A stretch of 64,000 nucleotides of DNA from Chrysomallon squamiferum. Its lineage: Eukaryota > Animalia > Mollusca. Position numbers and translations under genes: made by a program. The notes beneath the pieces were generated by a model. It did not search any database, had not been told where the DNA came from, and worked only from the letters and a program-made list of their open reading frames with translations. This document shows positions 1 through 12,765 of this stretch, piece by piece. The first letter of the stretch is position 1. Each line of letters begins with the position of its first letter. The stretch is taken from the NCBI GenBank assembly GCA_012295275.1, contig CM022665.1, positions 32,550,001 through 32,614,000 of the forward strand, read 5' to 3'.

Positions 1-1354
1 ATCTAAACATCAAAAACAGAAGCACAGTTTACTTTCCGGCCAGTGCTGTGAATTGTCTTAATGCGATTTCTATATCAAATAACGTGCTGTGGGGTAAGCA
101 AGAAACGGTTTTGATGGTAAACACTGATTTTGATAAATTCTGTTTAAAACTGCGTCCCATTGTGGACAAGTGTCTTAACAGCCTGCTTTGTGTTCTGTCT
201 GTGCTAGTGTAATAATAACAAATACTAAAAACAGATTCAATCTCCAGTCTTTTGTCTTTTGTTTGTTCACGCCCATTCTTCATCCGGCCTTATCATCAAA
301 CATTTCCTGTTTTAACTAACGTTATGAATTACGTACATGGACGATGGAATAAAGTCCGCAAAATGCACGAAAGGTCGTGGGGTCATTACTGCTCACAGGA
401 AAGGGAAGATATTACATAGATTGTCTGTGACGAGGGAAATGATTCCAAGTGAAATTACTGCTGCTTTTTCTAGCTATTAATTTGGTGTAAAGCATGACTA
501 GCTAGCCGTATAATCTGATATGATTCACAAGTTAATGTAGATGGAGAAATCATAAACTTCTGATTAATTATTTTCCATATTTTATTACCGAAAAGGAGTA
601 TTAAAGTGGAAACCGTTTATTGCAGTCGTTGAGTTTGGAAGTAGTAATCATGTGCAGTTGATAGAAAGATTAAAAATAACAGACTGACATTAAACATCAC
701 TTTATTAAGTGTTACGAAATTCTGCAACAGTTAAATTCCTGTAAATAAAATAATTATATGTATTCGTCATCACAGTCAAATCATGATAAGCTACATTTAT
801 TACCTCAGAAAGCTGCAATGTTAGACGCTCGTGTTCTTTGTAATAAATGAATCATTTTTAGAAAATAACAATAATGATGAAAATGATGATGATGATGATG
901 ATAACGATAATGATAACTAATTATATAATATAATAATCAGAACAACAGCAGCAACAAAAATAAGAACACGATGAACAAGCAAACGAAGCAGCAACAACCA
1001 GAAACCAAATTATGCCATCGACATCAGTCTATTTTAAATTTTTCTTCAGTTAAAATGCAGTATAATTAAATAAAAGAAACAATCACATTCTCTGTGGAAC
1101 TGAAACTTCAATCTAATTACGGTTTCTCTTAATTTAACATCCTATGCACTGACATCATTTCATCTTTTATTCTGTCATAATCTCATTCATTTTTGCCTTT
1201 ATTCTGAAAGGAAAGTGATGAAAATCGAGTTAACAAACATTTTGAAGTCCTCAGAATTCACGTTTAAAGTGAAACGTATTGGTTTAAATTTCAGATGTAT
1301 AGAGTAAAGCGATTTGTTTTTATTTCACTTTATTATATGAGTTCATGGTTTGGC

Positions 1355-1600
1355 TTTTTGCTCAGAGGTTAGAGCGCAGGACTAAGATCAGATAGGTAGA
1401 AGGACCAACCGTAATCAGTAGGATCTTTGAGCTATTGCAAACAGCGCTCTTGTTGTTGTTTATTAGAATCCATATATGAACATGCCTTTGCTAGTGTTCG
1501 ACAGGAGAAGCTCATACGGTGGCATTAATGAGTTTCTTCTTTTATATTATCTTGATAGAAATAAATATATGTCTGATGCCTAATATAATCTTTCTTTAAA
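1355..1600 (+). mobile_element. Decayed, internally deleted copy of the same tRNA-derived SINE
   Basis: tRNA A-box-like head GCTCAGAGGTTAGAGCGC. The core TATATGAACATGCCTTTGCTAGTGTTCGACAGGAGAAGC matches TATAAAGGATCCCTTGCTAGTAATCGATAAGAGCTGC of the 12.5 kb copy. Tail ATATGTCTGATGCC. Confidence 0.5.
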
Positions 1601-2469
1601 ATACGTACTTACATACACTTTGTACATACAGCTTAAATACACACACATATGTGTGTGTGAGTGTGTGTGTGTGTGTGTGTGTGTCTAGCTATCTATATAT
1701 ACTTCTTCGCTGTTTTCTGAAATGGATGTTCAAACTGACAATTCCGACAATTTTGGGGGATATTTATTTCTAAAACTGAAAAATCATCATTGTCAAGAAA
1801 CTGTTCAAATAAAAGACCTCTTGTTGTTGTCTACCTACCACATCTACAAAATGTAATTCTGTATTTAAATTGTTGTCCGCATGTTAGCTTTTATCCATAA
1901 CACGGGAAAACCCTCGTTCATTTTTATTGAGCTGAAGCTCTCGACCATGGGAACATATACCAGAAATTCAATCATCGATATTTCAGCTTATATATATATA
2001 TATAACAGTGGTAGTAGTAGTAGTAGTAGTAGTAGTAGTAAATATATATATATATATATTTACGGCTTATCTGTTTTACTATATGTTATGATTTCACTAA
2101 GCAATAAAATGTGTTATTATATTCGGTGGTCGTCCAATGAAAACATGCTCCGGTCCTAAGTGATCACAACAGATAAAATGACAATATTGTAACCAAAGAA
2201 GTCAAGTGGAAGACAGCAATTTCAACAAAATCGAAAAATGCAATAAAAGAAGATCGTAAAACGTATTTGGTTACAGTCTGATGCTACGACAGCTGAGAGG
2301 CCTTCTGTAGGTTGAATAATTTTATAATAATAATAATTATTATTATTATAATAAACAAACAACAACATTAACAGTAATAATAGCTCTTGTTATTGTTTTA
2401 TTATTGTTGTAAAAGTATCTGGTTATGCTTCCGTTGCCGGAGGCCCTCTATAAGCAGAATATATTGTTT

Positions 2470-2642
2470 GATTACTAGCGTATTACTACTATTACAATTA
2501 CCACAACAACTACTATTGTTACTATTGTTATTACTACTACTAGTATAACTACTTTTAATACCATTATTGGTACCACCAGTAGTATTACTACTAAAAAAAA
2601 TACCAGTACCAGCTCCACCACTCTTATTACGATCGTTATTCT

Positions 2643-2684
<42 letters not shown>

Positions 2685-2820
2685 CACTGTTACTACTACC
2701 ACTAATTCTAGTGATACTGCTAATACCACCACTACAACTGCTAGCTACTACTACTATTACTACTATTGCTCCTACTGTTTCTCCTATTCCAGCATCACTC
2801 CATAACACCCACTACTAGAA
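2470..2820. repeat. Degenerate (ACT)n trinucleotide tract
   Basis: ACT/ATT/ACC triplet periodicity with a pure (ACT)n core near 2643-2683; produces poly-S/V/L pseudo-ORFs. Confidence 0.9.
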
Positions 2821-3423
2821 CTAAGACTTACAAGTTAACTACTGTCGTAAAGTCACAAACACTTACACAATAATTTATATTTAAATTTATTCCCGTTTGT
2901 TGAATAAAACCCGTCAATCTTTCAGTGAGAAATATACATTACATATGTATACTGTTACTACAATACAATAAGTGAAGGCCAGGTGCTCTCCTGTCGTCTT
3001 TTTCATTGTATCTGTTCCACGTGCACACCTGTGGAGCGGCATTTCTCAGGTAGTTGAGGATTATCTTCAATGGGCTTTATATGGGCACACTGGATTAATG
3101 TCGACGCAGAGACCATAATCTTATTATTTGCCGGCGATTTCGTATGAAAAAAATTCGCGGAGTACTTGCACTGTGTGTTAATGGTATTGATGTGTGTGAA
3201 ATGTAAGATTGCGGACAACTGGAAGGGTCAATAATAAGAAGAGAAAATAGAAAATAAAGGTCCGAGGAAAGAAAAAAAATCGGTGAATGGATTAATTGAT
3301 CAACAAGATATAATGATTATCATTTCTTTATTTGTTTGTTCATTTTTCCATTTAGTCGTTCATATGTTAATTATTTCTACTGTTCACATTATTTAAAAAA
3401 GAATATGTGAGTGTGTGCGTATG

Positions 3424-3427
<4 letters not shown>

Positions 3428-3499
<72 letters not shown>
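3428..3499. repeat. (AG)n microsatellite
   Basis: Pure AG dinucleotide run. Confidence 0.97.
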
Positions 3500-3501
<2 letters not shown>

Positions 3502-4741
3502 AGGAAAATATATTTCTTTTGAGAAATAAAACATTACTGTGCAGAACAACATCGCTTTTAAGTAAAATCGAAAATAAATAATCAGTAAAGAATAAATATC
3601 TTTAATGATTATTATTTGAGTTTTCTTACTCAAGCTAAGTTCTATGTAACTGTCGAAGAAAGAAAGATGCCAAACAAAGTTAAAAAGAAAAACAAAGTTG
3701 GGCTAGTACTGAAAAATGAATTGCAGTGGCAACACCTATAAAGCACGGCCTTCTGCCCTTCAAACGAGAGTGCAAAGATTGCATTGAAATTAACAAGCAC
3801 ACAACGCTACCAAAAAGCATTGATCTTTTCTCATTCTTTCCAGATCGCAAGAAAACGACATCCCGAAGCGAGTATCGCAAAAAATGAAGCCGGGATTTAT
3901 TTCCTATTTAGATAAACTGTTTGATATTCGCGCTCTAACGGCAGCGCCGCAACAACGGTGAATACAAATAGGCACGTAACTGACAATTTGTTTACAGTTA
4001 CAAACACAGCTCGGGAGAGAGGCAGGGCCACTGAGTTCAAGTGTTCATGTCATTTCATGCCATGAGCAGATGTCAATATCAGCAACTGATGACAAAAATC
4101 ATTACATAACGTTGTCTATCTCGTGTTTACTCTCCGTCCCATTTTTGTTGCAGCACCGCCGATTTTTAACGATGTTTAGTGTGTGTTTGAGAATATTGAC
4201 AGATGTAATCGATACTCGTAGGGTTAAATGCTGCTCTTCTATCATTTTCGTACGGTTGTTGTTGTTGTAGTAGTACTTCTGGAGTACAGCAATAACGTCG
4301 TCACTATCCCATGGTTCATTTGTTAGTTTTGGGGTATCATATAATTATGTGTTTCATTAACTCAATTCTATAATCATTATGGTAAGCTTTAGGTGGAAAG
4401 AAAAATGTATATAGAGAACCTGGTGGAGAGAAGGATAAACATAGAAACAGATAAACTGATACAGACACAAATATGGACAGAGAGAAGGATGCATGCATGG
4501 ATCAACTGATGGAGGGATGAAACATACAGAAGCGGTTCTCGCGGTTGCTCCAAAATACTTCGAGAAACTATTTTCATAAAAACATTATCTTTGTTTTACA
4601 ATAAACAATGGTAGTCATAATCCAAGTAAAAACAGTTGGTGTCCGGTACATAACACACTCTTTTGTTTAAGCAGAAATTTTGTTGGGTACAGCTGTACAA
4701 ACATATCAGTAAATGAAAAAAAAAAAAAAAAAAAAAAAAAA

Positions 4742-4777
<36 letters not shown>

Positions 4778-6134
4778 TAAAAAAAACACACCCAAAAACA
4801 ACATTATTATTATTATTATAAACGCCGTACCGTTAGAACAGTTCCAAATTTTGAAGCGCTAATTCATCTAACTTGTAATTGTCATCATCATCATCATTAT
4901 GATAGTCATTATCATCATCATCATCTTTTCCTCCAACTTCTTTTATTATTCAGTAGACATATTACAAGCAATAATTTCAGAATTTTATATTTCATTTTTA
5001 ATCTGCAGTGAAAATCAAACTTTCAAATTACATGCCTTAAAAGTACGAACCAGACACAGTGTCAGCGAAGAACAAATTAGACTCAGAATTTGAGATCGTG
5101 GAAATTTCAGTAACACGGTCGTTAATTCCATATAATGACCATAAGGAAAGGATGAACATATTTTTCGGTCTATATTAGTTTAAAAACAATAATGGTTATT
5201 TTCATAATAAAATTGCTTTAGTTCGTATTTCGCTTCGGCTATTGTTCCCCGTACAAAAGGTGACATGTGTGTTTCCTGGGGGTATATTAAACTTATCCCC
5301 CTCTGTGCAAAGTGTCGTGTCAGAGTGACAGCCAGGATAAGCTTGTTACAAATACAACACAAATATTCACACATGGCTTACTAGCTGGAATCCCCCTTAC
5401 ACTGTACATTATGCTTGAAAAGCCGTTAAAGAAAAAACCTTCAGAAAACGACACCGACGAGTTTACTTTATGGATAAATTACTGCCATTATATTTTGGTA
5501 AATTATTATTTGTTACATGACAGCGTCCTGTGAAACAGAAACTAGTTCTTCTTCACGAAGAGAGAGACAAAGATGTGAAATTGTTGGTTAGTAAGTGCTT
5601 GAACTTCACATGTTATTTCATACGTCGTTCTTATCATCATCATCAGCATCAGTATCATCATCATCATCATCATGGTCATTATCATCATTTGATCAGTAAC
5701 ATCATTATTTTTATTAATATCGTTTATCAAAATCACCAGCATCATCATCTTTTATTATTGTATCTTTAGGTAAAATATAAATCTGACGAAATAGTATTTT
5801 ACAGATAAAAGTCTCTTATATATATAAAAATTAAATTTAGTTTTTGAATGAAAAATTAACAGATTCTTAATATGAAATTTTTCCATAAATAGGATCATGA
5901 TCTGCCAAATATAGGTATTTCAAAATTGCTTAAATACAGTGCATATTCAAGTAAGTAAGTAAGTAAGAAATTAACATGGTAGTCGGATCAAGCTGTTGTT
6001 AAGCACGTCTGCGACAGTAACATAATCAAGTATGCTGTCTTGGGCTTACATAGAAAGAAGAGGGCATTCGATGTCTTACTTAATGGTAACAGAATGAGGT
6101 TAAGCTCCACAGTTCCGAAAGTCTGCATACCACA

Positions 6135-6255
6135 TGTTACTACCTCTGATAACACTATGAAGCACGGACTCAAGCAGGAAATAACCGAACTGAATTAGTG
6201 ATTTCGATACTGTCACCTCAGCCGACTACGCTACCAGGGAGTTACATCCCGCACA
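6135..6255 (-). mobile_element. SINE 5' head remnant
   Basis: The reverse complement begins GTGCGGGATGTAACTCCCTGGTAGCG, a tRNA-like A-box head, followed by weak similarity to the SINE body. Confidence 0.35.
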
Positions 6256-9200
6256 AGAAAATATCTATCAAAGATGAGAATTATTCTAGGACAGACCCAT
6301 GATTTTAAATTAGGTTTCAAAACGAAATAAGCTTTCTTATAAAGAAAATTATCTGGATCAGCCATTCGTGTTAACATCAATTAAAGCTTTTCAAGGCGTC
6401 ATCACTGCTGTATGCTATTCTGACAATCTGTGGCTAGCAATATTTAAAATGGAAAAGACACCAATTGAGTTTCAGTCGGAGAGTATAGTTGATATCTTCT
6501 TAAATGAATCCAGTTAAAATATGCCCCTTCTTGCATTAGTTGCGCCAGTATACCAAATGTAAAATTATGAGATGTATTTGTACTAATAAAGAATTTTGTT
6601 TACCTATATATAAATAAAGGTCTTCAACTTACGGGTTACGTCTCTGAAACTGTAATGTGCTTCCGAATACGTGATAACTGAAAAAGCACACAACACGATC
6701 ATATACTAGCAGCTTTTTTTTTTTGTTAAGAAAATCCGCCAGAGTATCAAGAGTCCCGTACTGCAAGCCATAATAACTGTGTTATTCTGTGATCATTTAA
6801 TTCAACTCTCTTACGTTTTAAAAATCTACAGTTAAAGTGTAACTTTAATTCTGATACAGATTTAAATTCAGATCGTTCACATTAAATAGGCCAAACTCGA
6901 CAAGGTTTACAATCAAGTAAGTGCATTAATGATGGAAGAAATATAAAGAAAAAATAACGAAGTCCTATGATTTCAGACATGATATCCTCATACATCTGTG
7001 AATGAATACTTACATACATAATTAATATTCATAAGTGAAATTCAGTGACAGTAAAACTACAGTTAAACTTCATGCTATTGTCAGACACAGTACTCAAAAC
7101 ACAAACGTTTTTTTTTTTGTTTTTTTTTTTCTTCTTCTTTTAAAAAAAAATAAAAAAATAAAAATATTAATAAAATGTTTGTTCCGAATGTGTTTATATA
7201 GCACGATAAACCAAGACCGAGATATTTTTAATACAATGAAATCTCAGCCAGCGAGAGCCGCGTCAATTTGATGTGTGAAGTCAACACCTTTCATTCAGTG
7301 TTCTGATATTACACCAGCACCCAACAAAGCCGGGCAACTCCTCTTCAGTTTCCTGACAGCCCCACTATATCAGATATTGGCTCGGCTTACCTGTAATTGC
7401 CTTAGCGCGCCCTGCTAGTCAGGTAACCCATATCGGGTGAGTGAAGCCAAGTTTTAGCCGAAATCTCCTCATCTACTTGCCAAATTTAACCACTTAGGTT
7501 GAAAATCAGCCATGTTTTACTGTAAAATAATAAGCATAAACAATAATAGTTGAAAAAGTGTTTTGATCTCATGTAAGAGAAAACAGTTCAACTGGACAAA
7601 CATTAAAATACTCTGTGTACTTTATGTGCATTCACTGGTCTACACCTTTGCTTTTCTGTTTATTATTGTTGTTATTTATTTATTTATTTATTTATTTATT
7701 ATTTTTATTTTATTATTATTATTATTACTTTAAATAATTAATTTAAATAAACACGATATCTAATGATGGCAGCTATAAAATACACTTTTAAATACAGTAT
7801 TAGTTTCATAAGAAAAAAAACAACAAAATATGGTTAATAAGTGATTTCGATCAGTTATTAAACAGTTTAACTGCTATTCATTCCGTACAGAAAAATAACT
7901 TTAAAAAGAGTAACATATCTTCATATTCAAGTTTAACTGATATCTCACTAAAAGAAAGTACAAATTTCTTTTAGAGAATAATTTAAAATAAAACAAAAAC
8001 AGGCCGTATGTGTCTGTGCGTGCATGCGTCCGTGCGTGCGTGTGTGTGTGTGTTAAACGTTTATAAAAACGACGAGAAAGGAATAGAATTGTTATCATTA
8101 CCTAGTTGTTTTTTATGATTGTACCAAATCAGTAAAGCTTCTTACGACACTGTTCTGGACAAGAGCCTAAGTTATCAGTTCTGTATAGGTTTTATTAAAT
8201 GTATTAAAAAATAAATTAAACACAGTAAGAAAAAAAAAGTAGCCAGCGCAAGGAATCTATCTCAACACAGGCTAGTTTTGATGTCCAAGGTTTAACCATA
8301 ACTTGTAATTTACCTGACATAAAATAAGATAATCTGGGAAGAAGATTTTATACCAGCGAACTGTGTCAATGAATGTAAAAAAACGTGTTAATGTTTACAA
8401 AATTAAAAGGACTTACTGATTTTATACCACGTTTTCTTGACGGGTTCGGTCATATAAGCTATAAAGGTTGTCTGTGTTTCCTTTAGTTAGCACATTACAA
8501 TAAATTATCTTGTCTACATTAATGTACCACGTTCCAGTTATAATTTATGTGCAACAATAAACATAAATTTGAGGCTATATTGTCAAACAAACAAAACAAA
8601 CGGATGGGTGCTGAAGAAACGTTAACTTTAGCAAGGCTAACATATCATGAGAAAAAGAAGAAAAATAAAAAAAATAAAAAATAAAATTCACACACACTCT
8701 ACAAATGATTTATATATAAATAAGTATTACAGTAAGTTATATATATATAAATTATAGAAACGTGCACTTCAGTTGATTGGTATTAATTAATCAACCTATT
8801 ATTTATTTATATTCGTTCTTATTATTATTTATTTTTCTGCTATGTCGATTCATTTCATTACCTGCGGCATTTATACATTTTTCGAATACAGTTTAACCCG
8901 AACAGTTCTGCGTAACATTCGACTTAAATACACTATTTTCAAACACCGCGCGTTCAGCGTAAAATATTTGTTACACTTCATATGACTTTCTTTTATCGTG
9001 TTTTTTTTTTTTTTCATTTTTTTTTCACAATATTTAGTTTCGAATTCACAAGCTGAGAAGTTACGTTTATGAAAAAAAAAAAAATAATAATTTCTAAGGT
9101 TATTATTATTTACGGACATTCTCACTACAATAAACACCCTTTCTGGAAGAAATTAAAACAAGAAGAAGAAAACCATGGAAGCCATCTTGAATCTGTTATA

Positions 9201-11334
9201 TGTTTCAGAGAAAACAAATAAAAAAATAAAGGAAGAAGAAAATCATCCTGACTTGTGCACTGACAAAAATCTTTGAAAGACATTAGCTGTGAAAATGAGT
9301 ACTTTTGAGTATCTGGTAAGTGATTCAACCGATGTCAATGGTCTTGGCTCGCTGGTACCCTGAGTCTGTGTTTTGATGTGGGCGCCATAATTTATGGGGC
9401 GCTGAAAAAGCGAGACAGATTTTATGGGATCTTCATGGGCCGTTTTAAGGATCATGGCACCGAGTTTGGCAGTTTATGGTGTATACGAGGCCTGAATATC
9501 GAACTGTGAGAAGAACATGCCACAAACTGTCCAGCTGCGAGATTCATACAGGAGTGTCTGTTAATACGTTTAAGTGAGTGCGGACGAGCTGTTTTGTGGT
9601 ACTGTAGGAGACGTTGAAAATTTGTTTATCAATAGCAATTGGAAAGTATGTAAGGATCTCGAGTGATCTATAAGCCTACAACAGGTTAACCATACACCTA
9701 AGTTCACAAGTAAACGTACTTCAAGAACACGATAAACACAGGAATATAAGATGATATAAACAATGTCATTTGCATATTGCTGTTTACACTTAGACATAAG
9801 CATATACAGACAAGCATATTTATATCAAGAAACACGAATATTTTTATCAGGGTCTATAAAAATGTAGGTAACATATCAGAGATAAATAAAAAAATATTTT
9901 ATGGTTGGTGTTATGAAATGTTCGCATACATATGTACATATTACAAACATACATACATATATATAAAAGTTTAAAGAAAGTTTTTTATATCGTTATGACA
10001 TTAGATTCGTTCCTACGTGAAGACGCATACATTTAAACTTAATACAACCAGATATGTTAAAGACTTGGATGAACATTAACATCATGATCGACATCTCTTC
10101 TGATTTTTTATTAAAAATAAAGTAAAAACTAATTTTTAGAAGCGCCACAGTAAATTAATTTTTTAAAATCTCCAAAATAAACCTTAAAAGGCGTTTACCC
10201 ATATCACACGTGTTTACTGGTCAAACAAGCCATACACCACGTCTAAATTCAATTAGTTTCACTTTACACAATACAGCCCTTATCTTTTCGTTTGTTTACA
10301 TACTCTCATTTTATTAAAATCGGCGAACCCCACACATACATAAGACTCTGCATATAACAACGCCAGACCAACACCCGCGCGTTGATAGAGGACCTCTCAA
10401 TGTTCTAATAAGCCGATAGCTGGGACGTATATGCATTCTGCAGTATGTTATTAAAACCAGATACTATAGAAAATGATCCGGAGTCAATATTTATCTGTCG
10501 GTTGTGATCTGACAACTTGGTGACCCCGGTACATTGACTGATTGCAGGCTATGTTTTCCCGTACCGTGTGTACCCACAGAGCTGGAAAAACGGAATGCTG
10601 TTGCATATATCGGGTATAACGTTCATGTGATTTGATACTGGTCATAAATTTCATTCAAAATATGTTGTCGCTTCAGTTCAAAAAGGTTTAAACTTTATTT
10701 ATACGTTGTTGCAATGACATGACTCCACTGCTCTGTACTTAAACCTATATAAATCCGAGCCTTGTAGACTCTAGTACTTAGACAGCCCATGGCGAAATTT
10801 TTCACCGATTAAATTTATATTTTTCTGGACCTCAGAAATTCAAAAAGTCAAATTTACTAGAAATGTTATTTACAAACCTTATGAATATAAAAAGTCCACA
10901 TTTTCTGTTTTCTTCTGTATTTTGTGTCGTGCTTAGTCAACAAGTATTATTCAGTGGTCTGATGTTAGGGGAATTTATAATTTGTCTCTTTCATTTTATT
11001 CTTCTTGACAGGATACTTTCTCAGTGGAGAACATGTAAGGTTTGTCCTGGATAGATTTGCTTCAACTCTTCTCTGATAATAAAACATATCTGAATAACAA
11101 CATGCATTTTTGTGCGTTTGTTTAACTGTTTCTTCTTCTTGTTTAGTTCTTTTCTTGCGTTATTATCATCACTATTACTATTATTATTATTTAAGATTGT
11201 ATATTTCTTCTTTATTTTTTATATTTTATATTTACTATTAAATATACAACCCATATTAATGTTATAGTCTTAGCCATCCCGTTTGTATGAATTAAAACTG
11301 TATATAAAAAACCCATTATAATCAATAATGTCAG

Positions 11335-11540
11335 GTACATCAACAACATTAACAATATTACCACTTACAGCAGTATCTGCAACAGCAACAACAGCAATAA
11401 AAATAATAAAGATGATAACAACAACAATAACATTACTAATAATAACAATGATTTTACTAATAGCAACAATACTAATATTACTACTACTACTACTAATAAT
11501 AATAACAATAATAATAAAAATAACAACAAAAATAATAATG
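11335..11540. repeat. Degenerate (AAC/AAT/ACT)n tract
   Basis: Triplet-periodic low-complexity sequence. Confidence 0.85.
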
Positions 11541-12454
11541 ATTGTAAACAAGTTCAATGTTTGCACTGACTATCTTTGACTGCTACATTACACACACACA
11601 CTAGAAACACGCTTCATTAAATAAACTGTATTATGTTAACAAAATAGCTTGTAAATGACAATGGTATTTGAAATTATTGACCCCAAACAAGATAACATAA
11701 CCAGATGATCGTAATGAAACCAAACGTCTCTTTTAAAATCTATTTTTCAACATTTTTATCAGCAGCAAAAAACTCTCTATGGGCTGGGGAAAAAAAAATA
11801 GTTTTAAAAAATTCAATTTACAGTTATTCGTACACGCGACCAAATATGATTAAACTCGTTTACACAGTTTTTATGATATTCCTAATTCACATAACTGAAT
11901 TATCAAGGATAAAATGTAAAAGCGAAATAAAAATGAAATAAAAACCAGTTATTAAATTACTCATCTTAAATGAAAATGAAATAATAATAAAAAAAATATT
12001 AGGAAGTTATTCTGTGTTTGATCTGTCGTTTAACTGAATTTTTGTAATGATGAAACAAAATACAGATTGCACTGATATGCACAAATGTTGATAGGTGATA
12101 GGTGATCGGACTTCCTGTCTTATAATCATTCAAAGCAAATGAATTCTTCTGTTTATTTTATTATACTCTTTAAAATTTATTTATAAATTTATTTATTTGT
12201 TTTAGCCTGGGGAAAAAATATATATAACAAACCCATTAAAGTGGATATTCGATTAAAACGTGTGATAATCTGCATAGAAATAAACAAAAACTTTTTGTTC
12301 GATGAAACAAGAAATTATCTGCAATATTAAATTGTTGCATAATTCATGTTGTGCACAATTGTAAAGAAAGAACTAAATTTAGAAAAGAAGAAAAACCAGT
12401 TATAATACGGGTAATTCAGTATTTTCGTGTTGATCGACTGAATAAAGTAGTATT

Positions 12455-12765
12455 AGGTTAATGGTATCTCAACACATTTTAATGTAATTATTGGTCAGAC
12501 ATATTCTAGTTATCCAGTGATAATAATAATCATGAAATAGATTAAACTTGATATCACCACTTTATAGGCAGCTCTTATCGATTACTAGCAAGGGATCCTT
12601 TATAATGATCTTCCCATAATAGGAAAGCACATACCACAGTATTTGATAAAGCAGTCGTGGGAATGGGATTAAAACGGCGAACAGCCCATAAGCGAGCTAA
12701 TGAGTACTGAACCAACAGCCTGTCCAGCCTCAGCGCCGCCTCCTAACCACAGAGTGCAGCACCCT
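12455..12765 (-). mobile_element. Decayed tRNA-derived SINE, probably Nin/Deu-domain-like molluscan family, near full length
   Basis: The reverse complement shows an A-box-like head (CACTCTGTGGTTAG), a B-box-like GGTTCAGTAC, a core CACGACTGCTTTATCAAATACTGTGGTATGTGCTTTCCT...TATAAAGGATCCCTTGCTAGTAATCGATAAGAG and a tail AAAATGTGTTGAG. It aligns by eye with the copies at 1355 and 43990. The family name is from recall and unverified. Confidence 0.65.

Noticed and set aside
1358-1430. tRNA gene (A-box-like GCTCAGAGGTTAGAGCGC)
   Set aside because: No proper T-arm or B box and no acceptor stem; it continues into SINE core sequence.
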